Source: Octopus vulgaris (taxonomy: Eukaryota). From it: DNA of 64,000 nucleotides. This document shows, piece by piece, positions 1 to 14,460 of this stretch. The position numbers and the translations under genes were made by a program. The DNA lies in NCBI GenBank assembly GCA_951406725.2, contig OX597835.1, forward strand, positions 20,398,001 through 20,462,000, in the 5' to 3' direction. The notes below the pieces were generated by a model. It was not told where the DNA came from, searched no databases, and saw only the letters and a program-made list of their open reading frames with translations. Position 1 is the stretch's first letter. Each line of letters opens with the position of its first letter.

Positions 1-2
1 AT

Positions 3-41
<39 letters not shown>

Positions 42-77
42 GATATATACATATATATATATAGATATATACAAAAT

Positions 78-240
78 AGGGTTTTTTTCAGTTTCCGTTT
101 AACATATCCAATCTCCTAAGTTTGGTATGAGGGAAGGCTATAGCAGAACGCACTATCCCAAAGTGCCATACAGTGAGATTAAATCCACAACTAAGTTGTT
201 GGGAGGCAAGACCCTCACCACACAGCTACGCTTGCACCTA
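78..240 (-). mobile_element. Decayed 5' half of SINE family B
   Basis: Reverse complement resembles the head of the full copy at 16906, with many substitutions. Confidence 0.6.
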
Positions 241-269
241 TATATTTTTCAAGAGTGTGTGTGTGTGTA

Positions 270-306
<37 letters not shown>

Positions 307-863
307 ATCTGTGTACTTTGGAAGCGATTGCCTTTATTGTTCGTGAATTTTATGCCTGAAAGCAAGTAAGGTTGTTTTTGACATTTGCCTTGTAGTATAG
401 TATATAATTTCGACACTGCAGTAAAAGCGCTAATGTACACCGTTCCAAACGTCTCCTATGAGATAATAAACAGGCTTAACAACATTGTGCAAGCGTGAAG
501 ACACACGGACAAAGATACGTACACACGCAACACACACACACACACACATACACGTGCGCGCGAGCGTGTGTGTGTCTGTGTTGCGTGTGTATCGGAGGCT
601 CTTATGCAATTATCAATATATGCTGGGATGTAAGTGGATATGTAATGAAAAGATAATACCCTAAAAACAGATGTATATCTATGCATACACGCACACATAG
701 ACACACGCACATAATACCTACATATACGCATCTGATAGATTTATTTTGTTTAACAACAACCGGCATATGGACTAGTGGTTCTATACTATTGCATGTATCA
801 TTGGTCAAGAGAAATACGTCCCTCGCGAATTTGTCTCTGAATCTCTCTGTATCTCTCTCTCTC

Positions 864-921
<58 letters not shown>

Positions 922-981
922 TGTATATATATATCTTATGCAATATATGTTTATAGTATATGCGATAAGCTGTATTGCATA

Positions 982-1019
<38 letters not shown>

Positions 1020-1599
1020 CACACCAGTATGCATATACATATAAACACATTTGTGCATACGTATATGTATATACATATGTATATATGTATATATACAGAG
1101 AGAGAGAGAGAGAGAGACGGTGTGTGTGCGTATGTACTTATTTATATAGTTATACAGATACATATATGCATAGAAATATATTCATAAATATACATGTGTG
1201 AAACGATGCATTTGCTTATATAAGGGAAAGCATGTGCACAGGTATATTTTCTGTGTTTGTATATTTATACATGTGTTAGTGTCTCTATGTATGTTGGGGC
1301 ATGTGATGGGAAATATATTGTATGAATATATATATATATACATATATATATATACATTTGTGCTGGTTATGTCGTGTGTTGGTGCTCGTGTGTGCTTGAG
1401 TGCGTTTTGTGCCTCTGTGTGTGTGTGTATATTTGATTTTGTTTGCATGTGTGTGATGTTTATATATATTATGTGCATATATGTATATATATTTTTATAT
1501 ATTAAATGCATATATATATATATATATATTAAATGCATATATGTGTGTATATATATATTAAATGCATATATGTGTATATATATATATATATATATTAAA

Positions 1600-1673
<74 letters not shown>

Positions 1674-3127
1674 CTTCTCCTACGTTACTTTTATGTTTAT
1701 CACTGAATTATCAGAGGTGCATTTATTAAAATTAATGTAGCGATAACTAATGATTACTAGACTTCATATCCAGCATCTAGCTAATTAGTATAATTACCGT
1801 TCTGATATTACAGTTCGCTGTTTTTAATATTAAAGGTAATAAATTTATAATAACGTAAGAATTGTAATATACATTTACTGTATATTGGTAATTCAGAAAT
1901 TTTAATATTTCTGTTGGAATTAATATCATCTCGTGAACGTAAATATAACTGTTGCTGGTGTACAAGTTATTGATTTCTTATCGTGAGTAGAATATCTTGG
2001 ATTTATAATATAATAAATCGGTGAAATGGGATTGTGTGATGTTGAAATATCTGTGTGTATTTCGATGCGTTTGTGCGTGATCTGTTCTCGAAAATAATTG
2101 GCAATGAAATTTAAGTGAAATTTTCACTATGATATTCATAAAACGAAAACACGTATCAAACCCGTTCGTTGTAGTCAGGAGCTTACTGTTTCGTTTAGAT
2201 ACGAAGTTTGATATGATACGCTGCGGTATTTACCGATGTGTTTTATTGCTTTCTTTGCATTTTATAAAGAATATCGTTTGGACGATAGCATAGAATGGCG
2301 AATGAATTAAAGAAACTAACTATACGACTCTTGGTATTTTCTATAAACCTAGCAGGCTGTAGCATTTCAGTTACCAGTGTTGGTATATTACTAACACACA
2401 CAATGTACTAACACATACACACAGATGGCGTATGTGTGTGTGTCTGTTTGTATGTCATTGTTGTTTTATTTCAAAATTTCTTGCTAATAAACAGCCGGTT
2501 TCTAACCTAGATCCAAGGCTTCTGTATTGAAATTCCTGCTCGAACAACAGGATATTTTTGTATGCATGTATATATGCAGATTTGTATCTTTTACTTTATA
2601 TATATATCCACATGTACATAGTTGTATATACTCATTTATATTTAAATAAGCTTCAGGAATTTTTTACACATTTTTACAGTCCCAGTAATGGTTTGGAACT
2701 GAAGTCTTCGAATTAGCTTTTTGCATTATGAATTACAGAAGCCTAATTTCTCAAGATTAGTATTTAGGCAGTGGGTTACATATCCCAGTGCCCCAGTAAT
2801 TACATGTATAATTTAACTTTCTCAATCGCTTGTCTGAGATCTGGTCTTGCGTCTGTGTGAATGGACGCTGGAATGTGTGCGTGTAGATATTTAGTTTAAA
2901 AGGGAAATGAAAAGTGGGAAATAAATGAACTGCTTGTGTGTGTTTGTGGTTGTAAATTCCTGCGACTGCTTGTTGTGTGTGCTTCTTTATGGGTGTGTCC
3001 TCGCTAACGTTTTGAAATTTCACCTGAAGAGAAAATGAAGGTAGAGAAAGAGGTGTTGTCTCCCAGCAATTCTGTTAAATGGCGAATGAATATTGCAAGA
3101 ATGGTTCGAGTGAACGGAACAACTCTA

Positions 3128-3358
3128 AGGCGGCGAGCTGGCAGAAACGTTAGCACGCCGGGCGAAATGCTTAGCGGTATTTCGTCTGAGTTACGTTGTG
3201 AGTTCAAATTCCGCCGAGGTCGACTTTGCCTTTCATCCTTTCGAGGTCGATAAATTAAGTACCAGTTACGCACTGAGGTCGATGTAATCGATTTAATACC
3301 TATGTCTGTCCTTGTTTGTCCGCTCTGTGTTTAGCCCCTTGTGGGTAATAAAGAAATA
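3128..3358 (+). mobile_element. SINE family C (tRNA-like head plus Nin/Meta-like central domain)
   Basis: ggcggcgagctggcagaaacgttagc...gagttcaaattcc B-box, then gactttgcctttcatcctttcgaggtcgataaa; TSD ggaac(a/t)actcta at 3116-3127 and 3359-3370; several other copies in the window. Confidence 0.85.
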
Positions 3359-3640
3359 GGAACTACTCTATGTATGCGCCTGTGAGTTGAACGAGGACTA
3401 TGTGAAGAGAGTGCTCTCTTTCATGATTAAGACAACAGTGGTTTTGTGGGGTCATCGTCAGAAGCCCAACAAACTTACCCTTTTGTGGAGAACTATTCAT
3501 TGTTACAATTTTACATCCTCTCTGTATATTCACTTTATAAACATTTGATGTCATACACTATTGTTCTCTACCGTCGTCCACGCTTCGTTTAATACAGATT
3601 ATTATTATTGTTATTGTTATTATTATTATTATTGTTATTG

Positions 3641-3685
<45 letters not shown>

Positions 3686-3793
3686 GTATCGATATTATTA
3701 TTATTATCATTATTATTGTTATTATTATTGTTATCATTATTATCATCATTATTATTATTATTATGATTATTATTATTATTATTATTATTATTA

Positions 3794-4082
3794 CTTGTTT
3801 TAGCTATTTTGACTGTAGCGATGCTGGAGTACCTCCTTTAGTCGTGCAAATCGACCCCCAGGACTTATTCTTTGAAAGCTTAGTACTTTGCCGAACCGCT
3901 AGGTTACGTGGATGTAAATGCATCAGCATCGGTTGTCAATCGATGTGGGGTGACACACACACACACACACACATACACACACACACACGTATATATACGA
4001 CGAGCTTCTTTGTTTCCGTCTACCAAATCCATCCACAAAGTCTTGGTCGGTCCGAGGCTATAGTAGAAAACACTTGCCCAAG
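3794..4082 (-). mobile_element. SINE family B, 5'-truncated
   Basis: Reverse complement of the body and tail of the 16906-17329 copy. Confidence 0.8.
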
Positions 4083-5086
4083 CTGTCAGAAACTTTAGCA
4101 CGCAGGGCGAAATGCTTATTATCCGAACCTGTCTTTACTATCCGAGTTCAAATTCTGCCGACGATTTCAGCAAAAAAAAAAAAAAACGCTGGAAACGGGG
4201 GCAGAAACGGGAATTTCCGAGTTCTGCCCCAACACAAGCCCCCCCCTCCCCGGTTTTCCATGGGAAAATGCATTTCCGACAGCTTGCGAGGTCAACTAAG
4301 ACGGTTGCACAAAAAGAAAAAGAAAAAAAAAACGCGCGAAAAAATCCTTTACTACTGAAATCGAGCTGTGGAACTATAAATTTACCTAAACTTTTAGGCA
4401 TAGTTATTTTGAAATGCTCGTCTTCTGATATTTGTGAGTCCATCGAATAAATATTCAACCCTATCAAATGCTGGCCTTCCTAAACATGAAATATAGTTCC
4501 GGCCCTAAATGAATTTAACTTCTACTTTTAAAGATGTTCTTTAGGATAACGTGAACTGTTGAACTTCAGAAAGAATAAAGTAAAATATTGCTATGAATAA
4601 AAGGTGCGTAGAATATGAATTTTGGTTGAAGAGATGGGGCCCAGAAATACAAAGTTGCAGAGGGCCTTTAAAAGTCATGGAACGGACTTAGACTAACCCA
4701 TTGATTTGGGAAATGCATTCTTTTTTTCAATCCTCCGTTTGGGCAAGATCATAGAGTTTGATAACAGGGAGAGTTGTCTACTATTTCGAAATTGTCAAGT
4801 GGCCGCTTTGAGGCACCACCTTGGAATTATTCGGTTTGGTTGCTTGTGTTGGCCAAATGAACTTAAATGGATTTATTTCGATGTGGAGAGCAGTGTAGAT
4901 TTTATTAGGAGGTTCTTACGACACCCTTGCAGTCTAAAGATTGAAGTATGTTCATTATATATTATAAGTAGCTCAAAATATATTCCTGTCTGAAAATATA
5001 TTCCTTTTTCTTGCGTGCATTAGAAATTTAGATGAATGAATTAAAATAATAATAAAAGAAAATACACCTTCCAAAAAACTTAAATA

Positions 5087-5227
5087 TTAGGTTGTCCCAA
5101 ATGTTCGTAAACACTTGCGAAAATTGAATTTTTACTCGCCAAGTACTAACAAAAACAACAAAAATTATTCCTCAAAATAAAGACCATTATTTTCCAAGAC
5201 TTTCTACGAACTTCTGGGACAACCTTA
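5087..5227 (-). mobile_element. Internally deleted mariner (MITE-like)
   Basis: TIRs ttaggttgtcccaaatgttcgta / tacgaacttctgggacaacctta with TA on both sides; minus strand keeps the mariner-type C-terminus LENNGLYFEE*. Confidence 0.8.
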
Positions 5228-5767
5228 TATTAACCGATTTAGAAAAGTAACCAAAACTTAGCCGCATTTCGTCCATCTACACGTTCTGTGCTCTAATTCC
5301 GCTGCGATAGTTTTTGCACTTTGTCCTGGGTCCGATAAAATAAATATCAGTCAAGCACCGGGATTGATGAAATCCACTTAATCCTTTCCCGAAAATGATG
5401 TCCTTGTACCTAAATTTGAAACCAATATCTCTTGCCAAAATTAAGGTATCAACGTGTTAGAATAAACCCTGTGACACACACACACACACATTTTTTGCTA
5501 TTTTTTAGAAGCAACAGAAGCCACATTGAATAACGCAGTCCCGATAATGACGAAATAACAGATGGTATGGCCATAGTTAAAATACATTATTTTGTGTCTG
5601 GAGCTCTCTGATTTTTTTTGGTTTTAACTTTCTTTCTCTTACGAATTTGCTCTTAATCGCACTCTATGTACCCGTGCTTGCGTCGCACTGTCGGCTAGGC
5701 CATAACCCACTCCACCTCTCATAATCTCCACCTCGGTTTTAGCCGATCATTCATTCATTCTCCTTTC

Positions 5768-5805
<38 letters not shown>

Positions 5806-6065
5806 CTTATCTTTCTCCATCTCCCTCTTTCTCTCTCTTTCTCCCGAAGCAATACAGACAGTCATCTAATTGACTTCACTTCTTGAAATCATTAACAAAA
5901 ATCGATACAACATGTCTGACACGTTAACGTCATCCTTATCTTATTTTCTCGAAATACATAAATGCATACACACACACACACACCCGCACACACACATACA
6001 CCACGCACATACACACATAGATAACAAGTACACGCGTATAAACGTATGTGCCTACACTAACACAG

Positions 6066-6118
<53 letters not shown>

Positions 6119-6559
6119 TCTACACACACACACTCATAAACTGAATTAAAGAAACATTAGTTCATATAGATAGATATATACGTACATAGATGCATGTAGG
6201 TATGTGTGTGATTATATATATATAATCACATATGTATATACGCAAACTGAATAAGAGAAACTTCAGCTGTGTTGTCTTACAAGTTGCACAGTACAATTAT
6301 AAATTTTGCACCCAAGTCAGAGTCTATAAATTACAGTGAAAAGTATAGAACTGTTGTCAGTTAAATCTACAGAACGTGGGCTGTGTTCTCAATTCCGAAG
6401 CCTTAGTGAAAGGCCCATGTATTTCGGTGCACGGCATAACAGCCTCGGTGGAATTGCATCTTATATTTTCCAGAAAGTGAGTATAAGTTTCTGGAAATAT
6501 ATACACGCACAAGCATAGACAGACACACCCGTACACACACACACACACACATGCATATA

Positions 6560-6606
<47 letters not shown>

Positions 6607-6608
<2 letters not shown>

Positions 6609-6790
6609 CGGGAAGGTTTACGAAAATAAACAAAAAACGAAGGCAGGTGGAGTACAAACAATCAATGTATTAGTATGGCGCTCAGGAATAGAAATAAAAC
6701 AAGTCTTTTACGTTTCGAGCCTACGCTCTTCGACAGAAAGATACACAGAAAAGAAACAAGGAGAGAAACAAAGAGAAAATGAGAATATTC
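6607..6790 (-). mobile_element. Short Penelope-like module, family E, with hammerhead-like motif at 6704-6741
   Basis: Minus strand tcttt CTGTCGA a gagc gtag gctc GAA acgt a aaaga; 3' end abuts (TA)n; homologues near 38400, 38600, 47000 and 62700. Confidence 0.7.
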
Positions 6791-6796
6791 ATGTGT

Positions 6797-6831
<35 letters not shown>

Positions 6832-6859
6832 GCATTCATATATATTCAATTATATATAT

Positions 6860-7085
6860 GTAGAGGCGCAATGGCCTAGTGGTTAGGGCAGCGGACTCGC
6901 GGTCGCAGGATCGCGGTTTCGATTCTCAGACCGGGCGTTGTGTGTGTTTATTGAGCGAAAACACCTAAAAGCTCTACGAGGCTCCGGCAGGGGGTGGTGA
7001 TCCCTGCTGTACTCTTTCACCACAATGGCGGTGCCCCAGCATGGCCACAGCTCAAGAGCTGAAACTGGAAAAAAAAAAAAAAAAA
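6860..7085 (+). mobile_element. tRNA-derived SINE family A with alternative tail and poly(A)
   Basis: A-box tggcctagtgg and B-box ggtttcgattct; tail ggcggtgccccagcatggccacagc...tgaaac is shared with family B. Confidence 0.85.
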
Positions 7086-7414
7086 TATGAGAGTAAGGCA
7101 GACAGACAGTGATACAGACAGCGGTTGATTAATAGATGGGCATATTTACTTATATATGTATACATCTTCCCTCTCTTACATCTCTTAATTGTTTCAAAAG
7201 TTAGAATGCGGCCATACTGCAGCATGGCATTGACGAATATTAGTCGAAAGAATCGACAGTTACTGAATATTAAGCGCAACACTTATTATATTGACTATTT
7301 TGCCGACTCAAAGATACCAAAATCGCCTGCAGAACGTCGTCCGGGAACACAGAAAGACGTACACACATACAATCACACAGACAAACACACACACTCACAC
7401 ACATACACATATAC

Positions 7415-7760
7415 ATGGGTTCAGTCCCACTGCGTGTGACGTCTTTGGCAAGTGTCTTCTACTATAGCCTCCACCCGACCAATGCCTTGTGAGTGGATTT
7501 GGTAGATAGAAACTGAAAGAACCTGTGGTGCATATATACATATGTATATATTTGTGTGTATCTGTTTGTTCCGCCACCATCATATGACAACCGATGTTGG
7601 TGTGTTTATGTCCCATAACTTCGCGGTTCTGCAAAACGGTCCGATGGATTAAGAATTAGGCTTAAAAAGAATAGCTACTGGTGTCGATTTGTTCGACTAA
7701 AAGCCTTGCTCCAGTATCGCCGCACTCATATGACTGAAGGAAGTAAAAGAATAAAAGAAC
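7415..7760 (+). mobile_element. SINE family B, 5'-truncated
   Basis: Colinear with 16906-17329. Confidence 0.8.
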
Positions 7761-7804
7761 AATAAACGAATTATAGGACACATATACATATATATATATA
7801 TATA

Positions 7805-7880
<76 letters not shown>

Positions 7881-8568
7881 GGTATGTAGAAAAATACAAC
7901 ATGGACAAGAACGTATAACTCTTAGAAGACGACACAATAAACACGGACAGGACATTCGAAACCCTCAGTCTTCAGTCAAGAACCGGATCATCGTAGTAAT
8001 TTCGGCTGATTAATCTTGAGATTACTAGATCACGGCCAGCCCTCCAAGAAAAACCAAGCAACGAGCATTAGAAAAACTAAGCTGGAAGTGCAAGGCAGTG
8101 GTCCGCCATGACAGCAGTGTAATGACTGAAACAAATAAATGAAAAGATATATAATCTGGCAATTTCCTCGATCTGTTGCGAGATTATGTTAACGGAAATA
8201 CTGAAAGCATTATATAAAATAATCCCTCGACATATTGCATTTATTATTTCAGCTTACCTCGATTCCTCTACGGTGTTGTTTTGCATTTATGATAACATAA
8301 ATACATACAAATTATAAAAATATTTCAAAAAATATACAATACAGTAATGTTTCTACTTCGCGGTTTTTCACCTGTCACGGCAGATTTGGTACGTAACAGC
8401 CGCGATAGCCGAAGGATTACTGGACTTTAAATTATTGCAAAAGAAAAGCTGTTCTTGCTGTGATGTACCTATTTCTTCTCAGTGAGTCTTTCTTAAGGCT
8501 GCTGGTTACATCACAGCTATAAGGCAATCGTTTCCTTACCATTCACAAGAGACTTACAGAAATCCCGT

Positions 8569-8960
8569 GTGGAGGCGCAACGGCCCAGTGGTTAGGGCAG
8601 CGGACTCGCGGTCATAGGATTGCGGTTTCGATTCCCAGACCGGGCGTTGTGAGTGTTTATTGAGCGAAAACAACTAAAGCTCCACGAGGCTCCTGCAGAG
8701 GATGGTGGTGATCCCTGCTGTACTCTTTCACCACAACTTTCTCTCACTCTTACTTCCTGTTTCTGTTGTACCTGTATTTCAAAGGGCCGGCCTAGTCACT
8801 CTCTGTGTCACGCTGAATATCTCCGAGAACTATGTTAATGGTGCACGTGTCTGTGGAGTCCTCAGCCACTTACACGTTAATTTCACGAGCAGGCTGTTCC
8901 GTTGATTCGGATCAACCGGAACCCTCGTCGTCGTAACCGACGGAGTGCTTCCATCCATAC
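8569..8960 (+). mobile_element. Full-length tRNA-derived SINE family A (probably tRNA-Arg related)
   Basis: Pol III A and B boxes; TSD aaatcccgt at 8560-8568 and 8961-8969; near-identical copies at 13210 and 31403. Confidence 0.9.
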
Positions 8961-8979
8961 AAATCCCGTTCACGATCTT

Positions 8980-9480
8980 ACATGTTAATTTTTCATTTCA
9001 TTAATTTAATGATGATTCTTCAAATCCGAATGCGAGCCTTTTATTTCTCTTCTTCCAACTTCGACGCTCCTTGTTTAGTTTTGTCACTTTGTAAGAATCT
9101 ACACTCGAGAATACTCATGTGCAGCTCTTGGCCTTATTTCTTTGGTACCACAAAATATGATGTTCTGTTAAGGACGTTACTGAATCTGACGACATGAGCT
9201 GGCGTCGTCAGAAAAAACGATGGACTTCGGTATGCTTCCATTGTCCATTCTTTAAAAATGACCAATCAGGTGCAGCTATGGCTTCATGATCATCGCCTAT
9301 ACACTCGTCCTTTTAGCTACAGGTACGTGTTGCTCTACTTTTGATTCCATTTAATAACTAGAAGTGAGGTGAGAATTTTTTTCATCAAACCATTCGAGAC
9401 GTTCCATATGACCATTTTACATGGCCCAACCACAAGATGTGTGCCGATATTGTTTAATATACAGTAGTGGACAATGAAAA
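8980..9480 (-). mobile_element. RTE-clade LINE 3' fossil
   Basis: Frameshifted minus-strand translation (CGWAM*NGHMERLE..., RMDNGSIPKSI...) follows the RTE/BovB post-RT pattern YGCETW..H...LERF..RM...R.PK. Confidence 0.6.
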
Positions 9481-9752
9481 GTGTCAGTTTATCTTCGTCT
9501 GTCTTAAGTAAATTTGATAAAGCTTTATATACGCAGCTTGGCCAGCATGTATACTGTTGTTATAACAAGAAATAACCACACATACCTGTATACATACATG
9601 CACACACATACATATGTGTGTTTTAAGAGCAGCAGGATATATAATATATACATACATATATACATACATACACACACACACACATGCGTGTTTGTAGGAG
9701 CAGCTGATATGTATATAAATATATAGGTATCATATATAAGTATATGCATATG

Positions 9753-9916
<164 letters not shown>

Positions 9917-9957
9917 TATTTCTTCTAATTTTTCTAAATTTAATTATTTAATCGTTA

Positions 9958-9995
9958 CAGTTGAAAAGGTCTCAAAATGACCGAAACCGGTACTG
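9958..9995 (+). ncRNA. Minimal type I hammerhead ribozyme (U3-A8 variant)
   Basis: cag TTGAAAA ggtc tcaaaat gacc GAA accggt A ctg; stem I cag/ctg, stem II ggtc/gacc, palindromic stem III, GUA cleavage triplet; lies in a ~165 bp module between (TA)n tracts. Confidence 0.7.
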
Positions 9996-10086
9996 AAATG
10001 TTCACTATAAAATTATTTTAGCATTTTCTATTTTTTACTTGTTTTTTCATATATATCAACTCGTGTGTTCCTTTTCACCCTTATAC

Positions 10087-10219
<133 letters not shown>

Positions 10220-11850
10220 TAGATATAGATATATATATATAGAGAGAGAAAAGATAGACATACACACAGACACCAGAGATACACAGCAAGAGATAGTTAG
10301 ATATAGGGCTCAGACAGACTTGTAAGTAGTATATGGTAGTCGTGTGTATGCATGTATGTATGCATCAAAATATAAGGGTTTGTATATGTATGTATGCATC
10401 TTCTATCTTAGTATAAACGTTTATATGCGTGTGGTGTGAGCGCAGACGTTCCCACATATAGGCACTGTTTTGTTTCTTTGTCTCAAAAGATGATGAATAA
10501 TATGTTTGTTTCGAATGTTATGTTTAAAAATCGATATTGTTGATTGAAAGCAATAAGAACCACAACAGGAACAGCGGAACAACAACAACAACAACAACAA
10601 CAATAACGTCGGCTGCAGCAACAACAATAAAAATACAAAAACGCTGAATCTTTAACAAAAAATATGTAAAATAAAAAAAAAATTACATTTTTTAAAAAAT
10701 GATTAAGCTTTGTATTACACTTATTTGAGTGTTTGTTTTTTTCGTACTTGAAATACTGTCTGTCTGTGTAATGTGTGATATATTTAAATTTGCCCAGAGA
10801 TATATCAATATACATACACTGATTCATATATAAATGTAACACACACACACACACACACATATACGCACACACACATACACATATACTTGTATATATATAT
10901 ATATACATATATTTATATATGTATATGTAGATATAGTTATATATATATGTGTGTGTAGATATATATATAGAGATAGGTATGTGTGTAGATATTTATATAT
11001 ATATAGATATGTATGTAGCTATATATATATAGATAGATATGTATGTAGATATATATATATAGAGAGATAGATAGATATGTATGTAGATATATATATATAT
11101 AGAGATAGATAGATATGTATGTAGATATGTATATATATATAGAGATAGATAGATATGAATGTATATATATATATATATATATATAGGTATATGTATATAC
11201 ACACGGATATATATCCATGTGTATGTGTGTGTGTGAGATAGAGAGAGGGAAAGAAATTGTCTCAGTCTGTGCATATATATATATATATACATACACGTTG
11301 ATGCATACATATCACGTGCACCGAGAGTAATGAAGTGAAATAAACAGATTTAAATCCTTATTTTAACTCGCATCTTGTGAAATTTTTGTGAGTGTGTATG
11401 TGTGGTATGATATGTATGCTTATATAAATATATATACAGAGAGAGATAGAGAGAGATGTATATATTCTCTTTATTGGAGAGGGGCTTCGATATTATGTGA
11501 TGTCGGTTCATTCGTTACCTTGGGCAGTAGATCAAGTTGTGTTTTGAAAACCCCTTCCTCTACTTTATATATATATCTCTCTCATTGTTTGACCCGGCAT
11601 TAAATAGTCATGGGCCTTGAATCCGACACTATTGAAGTACATGTTCCTCAGCCTAGACTGGTTGACTGAAACTTCTTGCAACAGTACAGTGACGCCCATT
11701 TCGGGGGTTGTTATAGCTCAAGGTGCCAGAGCTTGATACCAACTTCCCCAGGACTTCATTATTTTTATCCCTGAATATTTCTCCCATTTTCGCCTGAGAA
11801 AGTAGAGTTGTAGTTCTTTCTGTCTCTCCCAGTGGCTCCGATATCTGATG

Positions 11851-12520
11851 CTGGTGTACAGTTAATGATTTTGGCCAAGGTATTAGCAAAAAGGTTGACG
11901 GCTGTCTTGAAGAAACTTGTCGGGAAGGCACAGACATGTGCAATCCCAGGCAAGTCGATCAAGGATAATCTTCATATTCTCCGCTATACCTTAGATAAGG
12001 TTGGGAAATTAGCCGGCAAAGGAGGGGCATTGATCCATTTAGACCAAAGTAAAGTGTCCGATAGGGTAGACCATCAGTACCTGGAGGCGGTCCTCGAAGC
12101 GGCTGGGCTGGGTCCTGGCTTTCGCGGGTGAATCTCCGCTATGTACAGCGGCATCAAATCCACAGTCCAGGTAAACGGGTACCTAACGGAGCCATTTTCG
12201 ATCACGCGTTCTGTTCGTCAAGGGTGTCCCTTGTCTCCGCTTCTGTACGTTTTGGCTCTTCAGCCATTACTGCGGAGGTTGAAGAAGTTAGGAGGCAACC
12301 CAAGTGAAATCAGATGCGGTAGGTCTGTTACTGCTTATGCGGATGACGTCACCCTCATCGTGCCCAACGAAGCACAGCTACATCGTGCAGAAGATGCTCT
12401 CCGAGGATACGAAGCGGTGGCAAGGGCAAAGGTTAACAAGGATAAGTACATCGGTTTGCAACTTGGCATCTGGAGGAACAAGCCGATATCGTCCAGTGTC
12501 GTTGGAGGGGTCGGGTATAA
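11851..12520 (+). pseudogene. L1/Tx1-clade LINE reverse transcriptase fragment
   Basis: ILAKVLAKRL, QTCAIPGKSIKDN, LDQSKVSDRVDH, SVRQGCPLSPLLY and AYADD motifs; two in-frame ORFs split by a single TGA at 12129. Confidence 0.92.
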
Positions 12521-12607
12521 AATATTTCAGTGTTGATTGGGTCGAAGGTGGTTCTGCCTCTAAAACTACTTATATATATATATTTAAATATTTACAACTC
12601 TCTATCG

Positions 12608-12649
<42 letters not shown>

Positions 12650-12682
12650 AATATATTTAAATATTTACAACTCTCTCTATCG

Positions 12683-12718
<36 letters not shown>

Positions 12719-13209
12719 TTATATCTATATTTACAACTCTCCCTATCGCTATATACGTATAATATACTATCTATATAAATAGTATAAACTTATACACACG
12801 TGTGCTTATGTGTCTGTCTGCTTTTGTGTCTACATACTCATTGATCCTACGTTAACAAAACAGTAAATTATACATACATACTTTCACATACACATATATG
12901 TACACATACGTATATATGTATATGTGTGTGTTTGTGTGTGTCAAGTGTCAAAAAGAATATGCCCAATATCGTAATAGAAATTAGTGATATGTTATGTTGT
13001 GTCGAGTGAGTTTCACCTGTAGGTTTATGTGCAGAGAATGTTTAGACAAGTTATGGCGGATTATTGAAAGTGTTTGCACATTTAGGGATATTCTTCTTGC
13101 CATAAGGTTTGATAATTGACAGAAATTGTAAATGAGAAGATAGGAAGGAAGAACTCGATCAGGGAAGGAGGGGTAACGGAAAATGAAAGGTAACATAAAA
13201 GGGAGTAAT

Positions 13210-13594
13210 GGAAGCACTCCGTCGGTTACGACGACGAGGGTTCCGGTTGATCCGAATCAACAGAACAGCCTGCTCGTGAAATTAACGTGTAAGTGGCTGA
13301 GCACTCCACAGACACGTGTACCCTTAACGTCGTTCTTGGGGATATTCAGCGTGACACAGAGAGTGACAAGGCCGGCCCTTTGAAGTACAGGTGCAACAGA
13401 AACAGGAAGTAAGAGTGAGAGAAAGTTGTGGTGAAAGAGTACAGCAGGGATCACCACCATCCCCTGCCGGAGCCTCGTGGTGCTTTTAGGTGTTTTCGCT
13501 CAATAAACACTCACAACGCCCGGTCTGGGAATCGAAACCGCGATCCTATGACCGCGAGTCCGCTGCCCTAACCACTGGGCCCTTGCGCCTCCAC
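13210..13594 (-). mobile_element. Full-length SINE family A
   Basis: Reverse complement of the 8569 copy; 13-bp TSD aaaagggagtaat at 13197-13209 and 13595-13607. Confidence 0.92.
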
Positions 13595-14411
13595 AAAAGG
13601 GAGTAATACAAAGAACATGAATAGAAAAATGTAAGGCGAGAATATAAGGCAAAGGGAAAGGAGTATCACAGAAATAACTCGAAGAAAGGAAATAATTTTT
13701 TAAATACGTAAGCGTAAAGAATAAAAAAGAAATGAACCGACGGAATCGTCCGTCACATTACTAAAAGTTCAAAAGATATATGAATCGATATAAAGCACAT
13801 CGTTTCTAATTTCTTATGTTAATTAATGTTAATTAATTCAAATTATGGGGTTGTGTCTTTGGCTTATTTTAGTTACAACTAGTCATTCGGCTAATGATTT
13901 CCATTCTCATCACTAAAGAGCGTCGTTGTAGTTAATGAAATCATCTTGAGTCTCAACGCTAAGTACGTTAGCACCCATTTTACTAATATTATCTCAAGCA
14001 GATTAATTCTTCGATTCTGTTTAATTTCTTTTCATTCTGTCTAATTCTTTCATCAGCTCTTATTCTCTCATTCTCATTGATTCTATAATTCTCCTTCGGT
14101 GCTTCTGTTGTTACGATGCTGAACCGATTAATCTCATTAATCTATTGCATCCAAAAACAAAAACAAAAACAAAAAATGACCATAGAGAAAAAAAAAACAA
14201 AAGCGTTTTGGCAGATTGTTTATTTCTCTCGCTCAGTGTTATTTGTTTTCCGTTATTTATTGTTTATTTTGGCAATTCCTTGGTCCCTACCAAAATACAG
14301 ATTTCTCTTCTTCCAGAGAGTAAATATTGGTTTCAAATTCTTTCCGCGTTTCTCCCCCCTTTTTATCTCCCTCTGAATAGGCACACCTACGCATACAGGT
14401 ATATACATATA

Positions 14412-14460
<49 letters not shown>

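Noticed and set aside
6337-6476. Open frame bounded by ag and gtgagt
   Set aside because: The acceptor is weak, the protein is unrecognisable and there are no partner exons.
7945-7980. Minus-strand CTGAAGA...GAA in a TA-flanked repeat
   Set aside because: No convincing stem II or III, so at most a relic.
8569-8650. tRNA gene
   Set aside because: It has no proper acceptor stem and is the head of a multi-copy SINE with TSDs.
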